Of a stretch of 64,000 nucleotides of DNA, positions 50,608 to 60,673 are shown one piece after another. The stretch's first letter is position 1, and every line of letters begins with the position of its first letter. Made by a program: the position numbers and the translations under genes. The notes below the pieces were generated by a model that saw only the letters and a program-made list of their open reading frames with translations, did no database searches and had not been told where the DNA came from. The DNA lies in assembly GCA_963806855.1 (NCBI GenBank), contig CAWDYW010000003.1, positions 1-64,000 on the forward strand, given 5' to 3'. This DNA comes from an uncultured Verrucomicrobiae bacterium. GTDB lineage: Bacteria > Chlamydiota > Chlamydiia > Chlamydiales > Rhabdochlamydiaceae.

Positions 50608-50610
50608 CGA

Positions 50611-51057
50611 TTATGAAAATTCCATCTGTCTCCAAGCTTCATATAGTACAATCGAAACAGAATTGGCAAGGTTTAAGCAACGGGTCTCTTTTCTTTTTGG
50701 GATAGTGCAGAACTTTTCGGGCCATCTGTCCCAAAAAATCTGCGGCAAACCAGCCGTTTCTGATCCAAAGATCAGAAAATCCCCCTTCTCATAGACAATA
50801 TCAGTATACCGTTTTGCCGCATGCGACGAGAGGAAAAAGAAACGCCCCTTAGTATTTTCTAAAAAGAGATTTAAATCATCAATAAAGTTGACCTCAACCC
50901 CTTCCCAATAATCCAAACCGGCTCGCTTCAGATGACGATTCGAGACGCTAAAACCAAGTGGTTTGACGAGAAAAAGTTTCGATCCTGTGACGGCGCAAGT
51001 GCGAACGATATTGCCCGTATTTTGCGGGATCTGAGGTTGAAAAAGAATAATGTTCAT
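50611..51057 (-). CDS. trmL: tRNA (cytidine/uridine-2'-O)-methyltransferase TrmL
   Basis: PQIPQNTGNIVRTC, RAGLDYW, FGSETAGL, LNLAN. Confidence 0.95.
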   Translation of the reverse strand: MNIILFQPQIPQNTGNIVRTCAVTGSKLFLVKPLGFSVSNRHLKRAGLDYWEGVEVNFIDDLNLFLENTKGRFFFLSSHAAKRYTDIVYEKGDFLIFGSETAGLPQIFWDRWPEKFCTIPKRKETRCLNLANSVSIVLYEAWRQMEFS

Positions 51058-51755
51058 CTCAATGCAGGTGCATCGAGCTCTGTTTCTGTTTTAGAATCTG
51101 CTTCAATGATGAGCGAATTTGGAAGATTTTCTTCAACTGTATTGGCTTTGACTATTTCCACTTCAAAAGTGAGCAATGAGTTAGGAGGAAGAATCCCTTT
51201 TGTCCCATAGGCAAGCTCAGGGTGAATGTAAAGAGTGCGCTTTTCGCCTTCTTGCATTCCAACTAGGCCCTTTGAAAAGCCTGGAATCGCCCCTTCAAGT
51301 GACAGAATCTCCGCTTCTCGAGATTGGCCGAAGATGCTTCCATCCAAGTATTTTCCGACGTAGCGAATCAGCGGGCTAAAATTCGATTCCACTTTAGCGC
51401 CTTCCCCTTTCTTTTCAACCTTGTACTGCACTTTCCCTTCTTCAAGAGCGATGACTTCATTATTTTTGGCATTCTCTTTCAAGAACGTCTCTGCAGCTTT
51501 GAGGTTATTGCTCGCTTGGTACGTTAAAACAGCTTGGCGGCACTCCTCTTCTGTCAGAGGAGCAGTTTTTCCACTTGCTTGATCTTTCATTCCTTTGAAA
51601 ACCAATTCCATGTCGAGGTCGAGTCCCAATGACTTGAGGTTCTTCCCAATCATATGTCCGAAAGTTTCAGAGATTTTTGTTGTATCGGTCTTTGCTTCTT
51701 CAGCGAATAAGCAAGTTGAAGCTATAAGAGAGACAGTAAGAAATCGATAAAACAT
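51054..51755 (-). CDS. mip: FKBP-type peptidyl-prolyl isomerase Mip
   Basis: Signal peptide, ISETFGH dimerisation region, IPGFSKGLVGM, HPELAYG. Confidence 0.92.
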   Translation of the reverse strand: MFYRFLTVSLIASTCLFAEEAKTDTTKISETFGHMIGKNLKSLGLDLDMELVFKGMKDQASGKTAPLTEEECRQAVLTYQASNNLKAAETFLKENAKNNEVIALEEGKVQYKVEKKGEGAKVESNFSPLIRYVGKYLDGSIFGQSREAEILSLEGAIPGFSKGLVGMQEGEKRTLYIHPELAYGTKGILPPNSLLTFEVEIVKANTVEENLPNSLIIEADSKTETELDAPALR

Positions 51756-51776
51756 AAAAACTCCTTTTTTAAGAAT

Positions 51777-51805
51777 AGTATGAGCCAAATTTACTTTGAG
51801 GTCAA
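51777..51805 (-). promoter_or_regulatory. sigma66-type promoter of mip
   Basis: TTGACC-17bp-CATACT, then AAGGAG before ATG 51755. Confidence 0.6.
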
Positions 51806-51871
51806 GCTCATCGGATATGGGTTCTCCAGTATTGATCTATAACTAACTGTTGGTTAAGCCACTTAAGTTTT

Positions 51872-53260
51872 TTAGCAAATGACCTTGTTGTTGTGGATTG
51901 CCTTGCGGAAGGCTCTGCCTAAGAAGATCGCGACTATTAGCCATGCGCCCAATAGCGGGAAGCAAATGATCCCGCTGAGGGTAAGGTAATAGGAGCGACC
52001 TAGTAGGGTGCCAAAGGCCGATTGCAAGGGGGCAAGGGACATGTTGAAGATCGAACCGGCCTGTTTGGATGTGCGCGATCCAAAGGTCTCGATCCAGGCC
52101 TGAGCTTTAAAGCGGACATCGGGCGTAGTAGGGATGTAGAGCTGCTTAAGGGCTGGGCCGTTGAGGGCATAGTTGATCGCTTTTGATCCTACCATCAGAG
52201 CAAAGAGGAATGAGAGGGTGTCGAAGCTTAAAAACCCAACAAGAGCGAGCCCTACGATAATGGGCATAGCTGCTAAGGCAACACCCACTCCGAGAAATCT
52301 GGTAATATTGCTAATCCCTAGCAGTAGGCAGGCCAAGGAGATGATGTTAACGCTCGATCCATAGAGGCTTAAATAATTGCTAAGGGCAACTCCAGTATAT
52401 TTTGTCCCAGCGGCAATTTTGAAGTTAAAGTCAAAGATGGTCACCACTACTTCATAAATGAAATTGGCTGAAAAAATTGCCAGCAGATAACGGTTCTTCA
52501 GGAGGAGCTTTAATCCTTCCAAGAAGCCGGGCTCTTGCTGTTTGGTTTCTGTTTTTTCATTTCCCCCATGGAATGAAGTGAGCAGATTTTTCGGCGTTGC
52601 CTTTAAAAAACTGCGGGTAAGGGGGATGATGAGTAGGGTGAGAATTCCTAAACAAACCATCGATAGGCAATCTGTTTTGCAATTTAAGCGGTGAGGCATT
52701 CCGCCAATTCCATAGGGGAAAATGATCCCTCCGATTTGACCTAAGGCCACGACGAGGGGAAAACCTCTTTTTGCTGATGTGGGTTCGGTGGTATCTGCAG
52801 CAAAGGCCCAAAAAAGGGCGACGACAAGGGAGCCAAAGCTCTCGACGAATAGGTACCAAGAGTATCCAATGATTTTTGATGAAATCGCAGAGCTTTCGGT
52901 TGGCGCTGCTTGGAAAATTGGGATCAAAGCGCTAAAGCATAAGATCGCTAAGCCATAAAAGGTGGGGAGGATAAGGAGCATTTTTTCTTTCGAGGTCTTC
53001 TCAATTAACCTGGTGTAGAGCATCACTAGAGGCAATAGAGCGATGACCGAAATCGTTTTAGCAAAGGGGAGCTGGAACTTATCGACGAGCTGGATGAAGA
53101 CCGCGTCCTTTAGGGGGCGGAGGGTCCAGTAGACGCCGATAATTAAGGCAAAAATGGCCCCCATTCTTAGATATTTTTTAAATTCTTCATACTCAAATGC
53201 TCCGAAGTTGAGCTGACAAGCTTTTTGGAAAAATCGAATTAAACTGCTTTGTTTATCCAT
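51872..53260 (-). CDS. Second, divergent Npt/Tlc family nucleotide transporter
   Basis: LRPLKDAVF, LFWAFAAD, KAINYALNGP, KAQAWIETFGSR; AAGGAG SD. Confidence 0.88.
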   Translation of the reverse strand: MDKQSSLIRFFQKACQLNFGAFEYEEFKKYLRMGAIFALIIGVYWTLRPLKDAVFIQLVDKFQLPFAKTISVIALLPLVMLYTRLIEKTSKEKMLLILPTFYGLAILCFSALIPIFQAAPTESSAISSKIIGYSWYLFVESFGSLVVALFWAFAADTTEPTSAKRGFPLVVALGQIGGIIFPYGIGGMPHRLNCKTDCLSMVCLGILTLLIIPLTRSFLKATPKNLLTSFHGGNEKTETKQQEPGFLEGLKLLLKNRYLLAIFSANFIYEVVVTIFDFNFKIAAGTKYTGVALSNYLSLYGSSVNIISLACLLLGISNITRFLGVGVALAAMPIIVGLALVGFLSFDTLSFLFALMVGSKAINYALNGPALKQLYIPTTPDVRFKAQAWIETFGSRTSKQAGSIFNMSLAPLQSAFGTLLGRSYYLTLSGIICFPLLGAWLIVAIFLGRAFRKAIHNNKVIC

Positions 53261-53336
53261 AGAAATCACTCCTTTTCAAAACATAAGAATAATCCATTGT
53301 TATTTAATTGTATTAACTGTATATTTGATATTGGAT

Positions 53337-53351
53337 ATCGCAAATATCGAT
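53337..53351. promoter_or_regulatory. Candidate LysR recognition box
   Basis: ATC-N9-GAT dyad (T-N11-A) in the short divergent intergenic region. Confidence 0.5.
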
Positions 53352-53371
53352 TATAAAATATGGGGTCCTAT

Positions 53372-54235
53372 ATGGAAGAATTGCTTGTAGAGGAAAAACT
53401 CTTGCAGAAGATTGAACGTTCTTTAAAAAATTTGCGTATGGCTGATCTAGAGCTTTTTATTACGGCTGCTCAAATGAAAAATCTCGGTAAGTCTGCCTCC
53501 TTCCATCACTTAAGCCAAAGCGCCGCAAGTGCTGCGATTCAAAGAGTCGAATCGTCATTTGGAATCTCGCTCTGTACACATGAAAAACGGGCTTTTCGGC
53601 TTACTCCGGAGGGCCTAGTATTGCTTCCTCGCCTAGAGGAGTGGATGAGGCAGCTGCGCGATCTAATTGTCTCCGAAGATAAACGGCCGATCCGCTTGGT
53701 GAGCACTCACGCGATTGCTCAGATCGCAGTCCCTGCACTATTGTCGGATGAAAATATCGATTTTAAGCACATGCGCCCCGACCAATCATATGCCGCCATT
53801 TTGAGAGACGAGGCCGACATCGCCCTTGTGCCCGATAATTTACCTTGGAAAGGGGTGATTGCCAAGGAGATTGGGAGTGGCTGTTATCGCCTTTATTGCA
53901 AAGAGCCCAATATCCCGATTAAGCCTGTTTTGCTTCCAGAAGATCAAATGGAGGTGCTTGCGCTTCAACAGAGTTGGCAGCGGGTTTATGACTATCAATT
54001 GCCTATCAAAGCGCGTATACCCAGCTGGTCTCTGATCGCAAATATCTGCGCCAATTCATCTGAGATCGGATTTTTACCCGATTTTCTCGCCAGAAAATTT
54101 CATCTTCACCCTGTCTCATGGCAGCCGGCCGCCTCTCAATATCGAGTGCTGGCCCTCTATCGCCATGCGGACTCGGAAAGGCTGATTAGGCTCATCGCTA
54201 AACTGAGCGCTGTGTTTACTGAAAATGCTTATTGA
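53372..54235 (+). CDS. LysR-type transcriptional regulator
   Basis: DLELF...HHLSQSAASAAIQRVESSFGISL...LTPEG HTH; about 290 aa. Start could be 53360. Confidence 0.88.
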   Translation: MEELLVEEKLLQKIERSLKNLRMADLELFITAAQMKNLGKSASFHHLSQSAASAAIQRVESSFGISLCTHEKRAFRLTPEGLVLLPRLEEWMRQLRDLIVSEDKRPIRLVSTHAIAQIAVPALLSDENIDFKHMRPDQSYAAILRDEADIALVPDNLPWKGVIAKEIGSGCYRLYCKEPNIPIKPVLLPEDQMEVLALQQSWQRVYDYQLPIKARIPSWSLIANICANSSEIGFLPDFLARKFHLHPVSWQPAASQYRVLALYRHADSERLIRLIAKLSAVFTENAY

Positions 54236-56604
54236 CTCTTTTTTGCGATCTTTCTACTTGAAGCCACATCCTCGAAATAATTACAGGCAAAGCTGGTCAA
54301 TTTGATGGCCTTTTCAAAATCCTCTCTCTCGATCAATTCTACCCTTCCTTCCAATCCATGTTTTTTCAAATAGATTTCTGCACGAGCTCTATCAGCTTTG
54401 CTTACACCAATTGCTTGAATATCCCTGCCTAACAAACAAGCTTTATGGGCTAAGAATTCTTGCAGTTGGGAGCGTACCAGCTGCATCGAATGGACAGTTT
54501 TTGAAGCTAGTAAGAGCGGATAAGGCCTCCGGAGATCTTCAGGGATCTCTTGAACAACAATGACATCGTTTTCAAGGGCATTCTTCAAATTCTCTAGGGC
54601 ATGCTCTGCTTTCCCAAACATGATTTGTTTATCATCGGAACGATAACCCAATAATTGCCAAAAACGAGGACTACAAAGCCCATAGCGATCATGCGGCATG
54701 TAAGCCCAATTAGCATCCGATTGTTTAAATTTGTTCCATTGAGTATGCATTCGATCTATAGCTGATTTTAGTCTTGTTTCATATTGCTGATATAAATGAG
54801 GAAATAAACTTCTGACACGGGAAATGCCAATGGAGAATCTGTTCCAATAAGAAGTATCATCATACAAAGAGCTCAACAATAAAGGTCCATTGAGTTTAGC
54901 TTCGATGCTTTTAAGAAATCGATCTAAGATGCCCCTAAAATTTTCCTCATTTATTTCCCGATTAAATTGCTCTGAATACGAACAAGCATCTTTTCCTTTA
55001 GAAAGAGAGGTCCCAGATATTTTGAATTGATTAATACAGTTCTTTTCGATTCCAGTTGCGAGTTCACCCGAATAAGGGATAACCCCCGATCTAGCCAATC
55101 GCCCATATGAGACCAAATGAAAGGCTGTCTTTGGAAGATTTTGAAGTAAAGCTGAATTTGTTCCATGGATGAAGGTGAATGGGAAGAGGGCAAGTAGATG
55201 ATCCTCAGCAACGACGACTTCTTTCGTATCTTTTATTTTTCCCCTCAGTTCTTTGGATATTTCTCCAAAAGCGAGAGCTTTCAATTGTGACTCTAAGGTA
55301 TCAAGTGCAGGACCAATTTGTTTCCGGACAATAGGGTTGATCGCAATTGTAAAAAGTAACTTGGCCTCTTCAAATGAATCCTCAGAAGGAACAAGAGTTG
55401 AATAAACTAAAATGCTCTTAAAATCAGCAATGAGTTGATTGAACTCGTCTATATCTTTTTGCTGAAGAGGATGACGCTGGAGCAGCTCTTTGTTCCTCTG
55501 TTTTAAATAGGCTACAAGCGTAAGACCATTCGCACTAATAAGAGCTTTAATCTCCTCTGGATCTTCTTTAGCTCTTATTTTTTCTTGACATTCGAGAAAT
55601 ACTCTTTTCCCTTGCTCGGATTGTGCCTGGTTTTGCTCTTCTCTTTTTCTTTGCTCGGAGATAATCGCCCTTTTCACTTTGTCCAGAGAAAATCTGCACA
55701 GATAATCCGTACGAAAATTCTTAAGTGCAGCCATAAACTCCATAAAGTAACTGAACTTAAAAAGAGATTTTGCATGAAAAGCGAGGAGAATATCTCTAAA
55801 GCCTCTTTTTATTTCCCGATATCTTTGTCTATCGCCTTCCTCACAATGTCCTGTAGAATGAAGCATCCGCTTATGCATCCTTTCCAGAAAGCTTTGAAGC
55901 TGGGGAAGGGCTTTTGTAAATTCTCTAGCGACTTCTTCAACATCTTCTCCGCCTCTTACATTACTGAGACATTCCTCAAATACCCGCTCCCCTTCTTCAG
56001 CTTGCAAGAGACTCCGCACCAATTGATCTGTCTTTTCTTGTTCTGCTCTACAGAGATTTAAACTGGGTTTCCAGATGAGGCTAAAAATGCCCGTTTGTTC
56101 TTGATTAGGAGCACTGTGAACAAGATGAATGGCACTTAAGAGTTGATAGAATTGCTTGGGATCCACCTTGCAGTTGCACGCCATTTCGTAGACATTATCT
56201 AAGGCTTCGTCATGATGGATATCTCCTTTTAGATAAAGGTTCTGACTATCGTAGCGGAGCATTTCCCAAAAGAGACGAATTTTTTCAGGAGATAGATTTG
56301 CTCTTCGCAATGCTTCAATTAGTGTTTCTTGATCGCTCCCTCTTTGGATTCCCTCAAAAGCAGTAGGAGCCGCAAAAGAGGAGGATGAGCCATTTTTAGC
56401 AATTTTCTTCCCTGTAGGATACAGGCGTAAAAACAGAAGAAATTCTTCCCAGGAAACGATATTTTCTATTTTGGGCTGGATAGATGGACGAAATTCTTCT
56501 GCAGTTTTGCAAGCTCGCTCGGTCTCCCCTTCTTCCTCAAGAGAAATGAGATCGACCACATTAGGGGCCCATTGTAATTCCGAAATAGCAACTAATTTAG
56601 ACAT
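54229..56604 (-). CDS. Large hypothetical protein (effector-like, possible ADP-ribosyltransferase-like domain)
   Basis: 791-aa ORF with GGAG SD, helical charged N-terminal part and FIHGTNS...PYSGE motif; AT-richer than housekeeping neighbours. Confidence 0.7.
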   Translation of the reverse strand: MSKLVAISELQWAPNVVDLISLEEEGETERACKTAEEFRPSIQPKIENIVSWEEFLLFLRLYPTGKKIAKNGSSSSFAAPTAFEGIQRGSDQETLIEALRRANLSPEKIRLFWEMLRYDSQNLYLKGDIHHDEALDNVYEMACNCKVDPKQFYQLLSAIHLVHSAPNQEQTGIFSLIWKPSLNLCRAEQEKTDQLVRSLLQAEEGERVFEECLSNVRGGEDVEEVAREFTKALPQLQSFLERMHKRMLHSTGHCEEGDRQRYREIKRGFRDILLAFHAKSLFKFSYFMEFMAALKNFRTDYLCRFSLDKVKRAIISEQRKREEQNQAQSEQGKRVFLECQEKIRAKEDPEEIKALISANGLTLVAYLKQRNKELLQRHPLQQKDIDEFNQLIADFKSILVYSTLVPSEDSFEEAKLLFTIAINPIVRKQIGPALDTLESQLKALAFGEISKELRGKIKDTKEVVVAEDHLLALFPFTFIHGTNSALLQNLPKTAFHLVSYGRLARSGVIPYSGELATGIEKNCINQFKISGTSLSKGKDACSYSEQFNREINEENFRGILDRFLKSIEAKLNGPLLLSSLYDDTSYWNRFSIGISRVRSLFPHLYQQYETRLKSAIDRMHTQWNKFKQSDANWAYMPHDRYGLCSPRFWQLLGYRSDDKQIMFGKAEHALENLKNALENDVIVVQEIPEDLRRPYPLLLASKTVHSMQLVRSQLQEFLAHKACLLGRDIQAIGVSKADRARAEIYLKKHGLEGRVELIEREDFEKAIKLTSFACNYFEDVASSRKIAKKSQ

Positions 56605-56755
56605 TTCGCTCCTTTAACATAAACGTTATATAAAAAAATTGATTTATTGTATATAATAAAATTTATTTTAAATTCATCGAATTGGCAATCAGATGGGATA
56701 TAATGACCAAGGCTCTTCAGTGAGCGCTCAGTTTGATTTATGAATTTTCAGCTGA

Positions 56756-56809
56756 TATACCCGTTCCGTTTCAAAGGCACCCTAAGGGACCGCGCCAAAG
56801 CCTCGGGAT
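56756..56809. repeat. Solo arm of family B palindromic element
   Basis: tatacccgttccgtttcaaaggcaccctaagggac...caaagcctcgggat aligns to the reverse complement of the right arm of 48285-48450. Confidence 0.85.
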
Positions 56810-56813
56810 ATAG

Positions 56814-58097
56814 TTACTGCTTGCTAAGGAATTTCGATAATTCGGTCAGTTTCAAAGGGATTTCTTTTCGTGTGGCCAATTCTTTTAGTTGGATAGACTG
56901 GCTATTCAGCTCATCGTCGCCGAGAAATAGGGCGTAGGTTGCTCCGAGCTTCATGGCGTGTTCGAGCGATTTGCCCGGTTTTTTTCCATCCCAGTCGATC
57001 TCGGCTGCGATATTGTCATGCCGCAATTGGAAAACCAGCTGTGTGCAAATCTCTTTTGCCGCGGCGCCGATCGGGATCAGGAAGATCTGCGGTGCAGGAG
57101 GTTCGGGTAGTGGGACGTTTTGGCCGAGCATGGTCTGGATGATCCGCTCGATGCCGGCTGCAAATCCGACACAGGGCAAATCGGGTCCGCCGAGCATGGC
57201 CGGGAGACCATCGAAGCGACCGCCGCCACCAATGGCATTTTGTGCGCCTAGTTGGCCTGCTGTCACTTCGTAAACGGTTTTATTGTAGTAATCTAAGCCG
57301 CGGACGAGTTTGGGGTTGATTTCGTATTTGATCCCGAGGCCTGTGAGCAGGGTTTTGACACGATTGAAGTGGTCTGCAGCCTCTTCTGTGAGGAAGTCGG
57401 CCAGTTGAGGCCCATTTGCGACCAGTTTTTGATCTTGTGGATCTTTGGAATCGAGGATGCGGAGGACGTTTTTCTCAAAGCGGACTTTACTGTCTTCGGA
57501 AAGTTGATCGAAGTTTGGTTGTAAAAAGGCGCGTAGCGCTTGTCGGTAGTTCTCGCGGGTAGCGGCATCGCCGACGGAATTGAGCATCAAGTTTAGATCT
57601 TTGAGGCCGAGCCGGCGGGCGAGTTCGCAGAGTAGATCGATCGTTTCGACATCTTGTTCGGGAGAGGCGTTGCCGATGGCTTCGATGTCGAATTGGTGGA
57701 GCTGTCTGTAACGTCCGGCTTGGGGGCGCTCGTAGCGGAACATGGGGCCGATGCAGTAGAGCTTTTGCGGAAGGCCTTGCTGATAGAGCTGTTTCTCGAC
57801 AACGGCGCGCATTATGGGGGCGGTCGCTTCGGGGCGCAGGGTCATGAGGCGTCCAGCGCGATCCTCAAACGTATACATCTCTTTGGAGACAATGTCGGTC
57901 TCTTCGCCGACGCTGCGGACAAAGAGTTCGGTTCGTTCAAAGATCGGGGTGCGGATTTCCCGGTAGCCGTAGGTTTGAGCGAGTGTGCGGATGGTCTCTT
58001 CGAGGTAGAGCCACAGATGGGAGGAGCGCCACTTCCCTTCGGGATCGGGATCTTTAGGGAGAATGTCAAAAACACCTTTAGCGATTGAATATTTCAT
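56814..58097 (-). CDS. hisS: Histidine--tRNA ligase
   Basis: KEMYTF, LRPEAT, FRYERPQAGRYRQ, RGLDYY, GGGRFD. Confidence 0.98.
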   Translation of the reverse strand: MKYSIAKGVFDILPKDPDPEGKWRSSHLWLYLEETIRTLAQTYGYREIRTPIFERTELFVRSVGEETDIVSKEMYTFEDRAGRLMTLRPEATAPIMRAVVEKQLYQQGLPQKLYCIGPMFRYERPQAGRYRQLHQFDIEAIGNASPEQDVETIDLLCELARRLGLKDLNLMLNSVGDAATRENYRQALRAFLQPNFDQLSEDSKVRFEKNVLRILDSKDPQDQKLVANGPQLADFLTEEAADHFNRVKTLLTGLGIKYEINPKLVRGLDYYNKTVYEVTAGQLGAQNAIGGGGRFDGLPAMLGGPDLPCVGFAAGIERIIQTMLGQNVPLPEPPAPQIFLIPIGAAAKEICTQLVFQLRHDNIAAEIDWDGKKPGKSLEHAMKLGATYALFLGDDELNSQSIQLKELATRKEIPLKLTELSKFLSKQ

Positions 58098-58110
58098 GGA
58101 CGTGATTATA

Positions 58111-58270
58111 ACTCGATGTTCCACTTTTTTGGGATCGATTTCTTCAAGCTCTTGGCTCTATCCGGGCTGCGACCTTCGAGCCGGCGCTTCGCAGGCCTGT
58201 CTCGAAGGTCGCAGCCCGGATAGAACCAAGACCTTATTGAACTCGAGGCCAAAAAAGTGGAACATCGAGT
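58111..58270. mobile_element. 160-bp palindromic element, family C
   Basis: TIRs actcgatgttccacttttttgg / ccaaaaaagtggaacatcgagt and inner stem tctatccgggctgcgaccttcgag / ctcgaaggtcgcagcccggataga; TA-rich flanks. Confidence 0.75.
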
Positions 58271-58286
58271 ATAAGGAATTGGGGTT

Positions 58287-58916
58287 TTAAAATCCCTTAA
58301 AAGGTTGATGGAGACTTAAGCCGGCGATGACGGCATCGATTTGTTTAAACCAGGAAGAAAGGGTGCTGGTTTTCGGGGCTGTTTGATATTCGGTATATAG
58401 TTTGGCGAGGATTTCGATGAAGGGAAAGGGAAGCCAGTCTTTGCCTGCATGCTGCACGAGATAATAGCCAAAACGATGCTCAGATTCTGGGGGATAGTTT
58501 TTCAGGCCGTTCATAAACTCCCGGAAACTGGCCACATCTTTCAGATTTTTTCTCTCCATGATTTCGATAGTGTCAAAATCTTCAAGTAAGATGCACCAAG
58601 TGTTGGAAAGTTCTGAGGCAAATTCTGCAGATTGACTCAGGTCTTTTTCACTTAACTTCTCGAGGAGTTTTTTGAAATGAAGGAGATTTTCGATCATTTT
58701 TTGCTGGTCGACTACTTTGCTTACTAATTGCTTGGACGGGGAAAAAGTGTCGAACATTTTCTTTAAATAGGAGAAAAATGTGGCAAGGAGAATCTGCTTT
58801 GTCTCTTTTGGAGGCTGTGGAGAGTATTTGTTCTCTTTCTTTTTATCCTCATTCCGAGAGACATATACCCCTTCGTCTCGAGGTCTATCAACACGATCTA
58901 GCGGCCTATCTACCAT
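58287..58916 (-). CDS. Hypothetical protein
   Basis: Open frame of about 209 aa with GYYL..HAGKDWLPFPF; no family recognised. Confidence 0.7.
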   Translation of the reverse strand: MVDRPLDRVDRPRDEGVYVSRNEDKKKENKYSPQPPKETKQILLATFFSYLKKMFDTFSPSKQLVSKVVDQQKMIENLLHFKKLLEKLSEKDLSQSAEFASELSNTWCILLEDFDTIEIMERKNLKDVASFREFMNGLKNYPPESEHRFGYYLVQHAGKDWLPFPFIEILAKLYTEYQTAPKTSTLSSWFKQIDAVIAGLSLHQPFKGF

Positions 58917-58972
58917 CTCATTTCCTAATCTTTTCTTTAATATGGCGGTCGGCCCAATTCCTTGCAATAAAA

Positions 58973-59001
58973 TTGACTTTTGGCCGATGATGAGGTAAAA
59001 T
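58973..59001 (+). promoter_or_regulatory. sigma66-type promoter of uhpC
   Basis: TTGACT-17bp-TAAAAT; GGAG before ATG 59028. Confidence 0.65.
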
Positions 59002-59027
59002 GGACTATCCCTAATGGAGCGAACAAC

Positions 59028-60392
59028 ATGAAGTTTTTCTCCTTCTTAAAGCCCTCGCCTCCGATCGAAGAACTTAAAGATCAAGAGGTTGTAAAACAAA
59101 ATTATTCCTATTGGCGCTGGCGTACCTTCTATGGGATGTACATTGGCTATATTTTCTACTACTTTTCCCGTAAGAGTTTCACATTTGCCATGCCCGCCCT
59201 GATCCAAGAACTCGGATTCACAAAGGGGGATTTGGGGATATTGGCAAGTATTTTGTCGATTACCTATGGTGCAAGCAAATTTTTAAATGGGGTCCTTTCC
59301 GATCGAGCTAACCCACGCTACTTCATGGGATTCGGATTGATCATCACCGGTATGCTCAATATCTTTTTTGGTCTCTCCTCATCTATACTATTCTTTGCTA
59401 TTTTCTGGGGGCTTAACGGCTATTTCCAAGGCTATGGATGGCCGCCCTGCGCCCGCCTGCTGATGCATTGGTATTCACAGAAGGAGAGGGGAAGATGGTG
59501 GGGCTTCTGGAACACTTCTCACGGGGTCGGCGGTGCGATCATGGCTTTACTTGGAGGTTTTTGTGCCGAAACTTGGGGATGGCGCGTGGCGATGTATGTT
59601 CCTGGAGTGCTCTGTATCATCGCAGGTCTATTTATCATCAATCGGTTGAGAGACACTCCTCGATCACTTGGATTACCGATCATTGAAAAACATCGCAACG
59701 ATTATCCCGCAGAAAAAGTGGAAGAAGAGACAACTCTGACAACAAAGCAGATCCTCTTCCGACATGTTTTCAATAATAAATATATTTGGATTCTCGCCGC
59801 GTCTTACTTCTTTGTCTATGTCATCCGGACAGGGATTAACGATTGGAGTGCCCTATTCCTTGTTGAATCAAAAGGTTATTCGATTTTGACTGCCGGGGCC
59901 TGTGTCTTCTGGTTTGAAATCGGCGGAATCTTTGGAAGTTTAGCTGCTGGATGGGCGTCAGATCGAATTTTTAAAGGACGCAGAGGGCCTGTCAATGTGC
60001 TCTTTGGATTAGCCGTCATTTTTGCGCTCTTTGCATTCTGGGCCTCACCAGCAGGTATAGCCGTTCTCGATTCACTTTTAATGTTCGTCATCGGCTTCTT
60101 TATTTTCGGCCCGCAAATGTTGATTGGAATGGTCGCAGCAGAGATCGCCGGAAAAAACGCAGCCGGTTCGGCAAATGGATTTGTCAATCTGGTAGCTTAT
60201 ATTGGCGCTGCCACGGCTGGCTTCCCTCTCGGGATCATCTGTCAGAACTATGGCTGGGAAGGCTTCTTCACAGCTGTTGCCGCCTGCGGCGCACTATCGG
60301 TCTTCCTCCTTATCCCGCTGTGGAGAGTTGGGGCACGCCGAGCTGAGACTCCTGCCGTTGAAGTGGTCAAAAGCGACGCTACGGAAGCTTAA
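59028..60392 (+). CDS. uhpC: MFS hexose-phosphate transporter (OPA family)
   Basis: YFSRKSF, WGLNGYFQG, ERGRWWGFWNTSH, GPQMLIG; divergent from hisS as in chlamydiae. Confidence 0.92.
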   Translation: MKFFSFLKPSPPIEELKDQEVVKQNYSYWRWRTFYGMYIGYIFYYFSRKSFTFAMPALIQELGFTKGDLGILASILSITYGASKFLNGVLSDRANPRYFMGFGLIITGMLNIFFGLSSSILFFAIFWGLNGYFQGYGWPPCARLLMHWYSQKERGRWWGFWNTSHGVGGAIMALLGGFCAETWGWRVAMYVPGVLCIIAGLFIINRLRDTPRSLGLPIIEKHRNDYPAEKVEEETTLTTKQILFRHVFNNKYIWILAASYFFVYVIRTGINDWSALFLVESKGYSILTAGACVFWFEIGGIFGSLAAGWASDRIFKGRRGPVNVLFGLAVIFALFAFWASPAGIAVLDSLLMFVIGFFIFGPQMLIGMVAAEIAGKNAAGSANGFVNLVAYIGAATAGFPLGIICQNYGWEGFFTAVAACGALSVFLLIPLWRVGARRAETPAVEVVKSDATEA

Positions 60393-60406
60393 CCTATCAA
60401 CGCAAA

Positions 60407-60473
60407 ATATACTCCCCGCCCAAAAATGCGAATTTGAACCGAGAGCTTTCGCGTAGGTCCAAATTCACACTTT
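60407..60473. repeat. Family D repeat, left copy
   Basis: 60440-60473 matches 63699-63732 at 33 of 34 nt; the start atatactccccgcccaaaa resembles the inverse of the right end near 63751. Confidence 0.85.
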
Positions 60474-60673
60474 GTCGACCAGTTGCCAAGATGCGAAATT
60501 GGGTGCCTCTATGAGATCTAACTCTATAACCAACAGAGATTATGACATCGAGGTTGTAGTGAGTAACTTGGTAATTTTTTCTATCGGCGGCAGTTAGCCG
60601 GAAATTCCGGCTAACTGAATTTTCTTCTAACTCATTCTCATTAAATATGTTATGTATATGTTCAGAAATGGTT
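60474..60673 (-). pseudogene. Internal fragment of a RhuM-family DNA-binding/virulence gene
   Basis: TISEHIHNIFNENEL...YNLDVIISVGYRVRSHRGTQFR; similarity stops at repeat pieces on both sides. Confidence 0.8.

Noticed and set aside
58063..58290. 75-aa + strand ORF and the MEHRVIITS extension of HisS
   Set aside because: Both derive from the family C palindrome; HisS similarity begins at ATG 58097.
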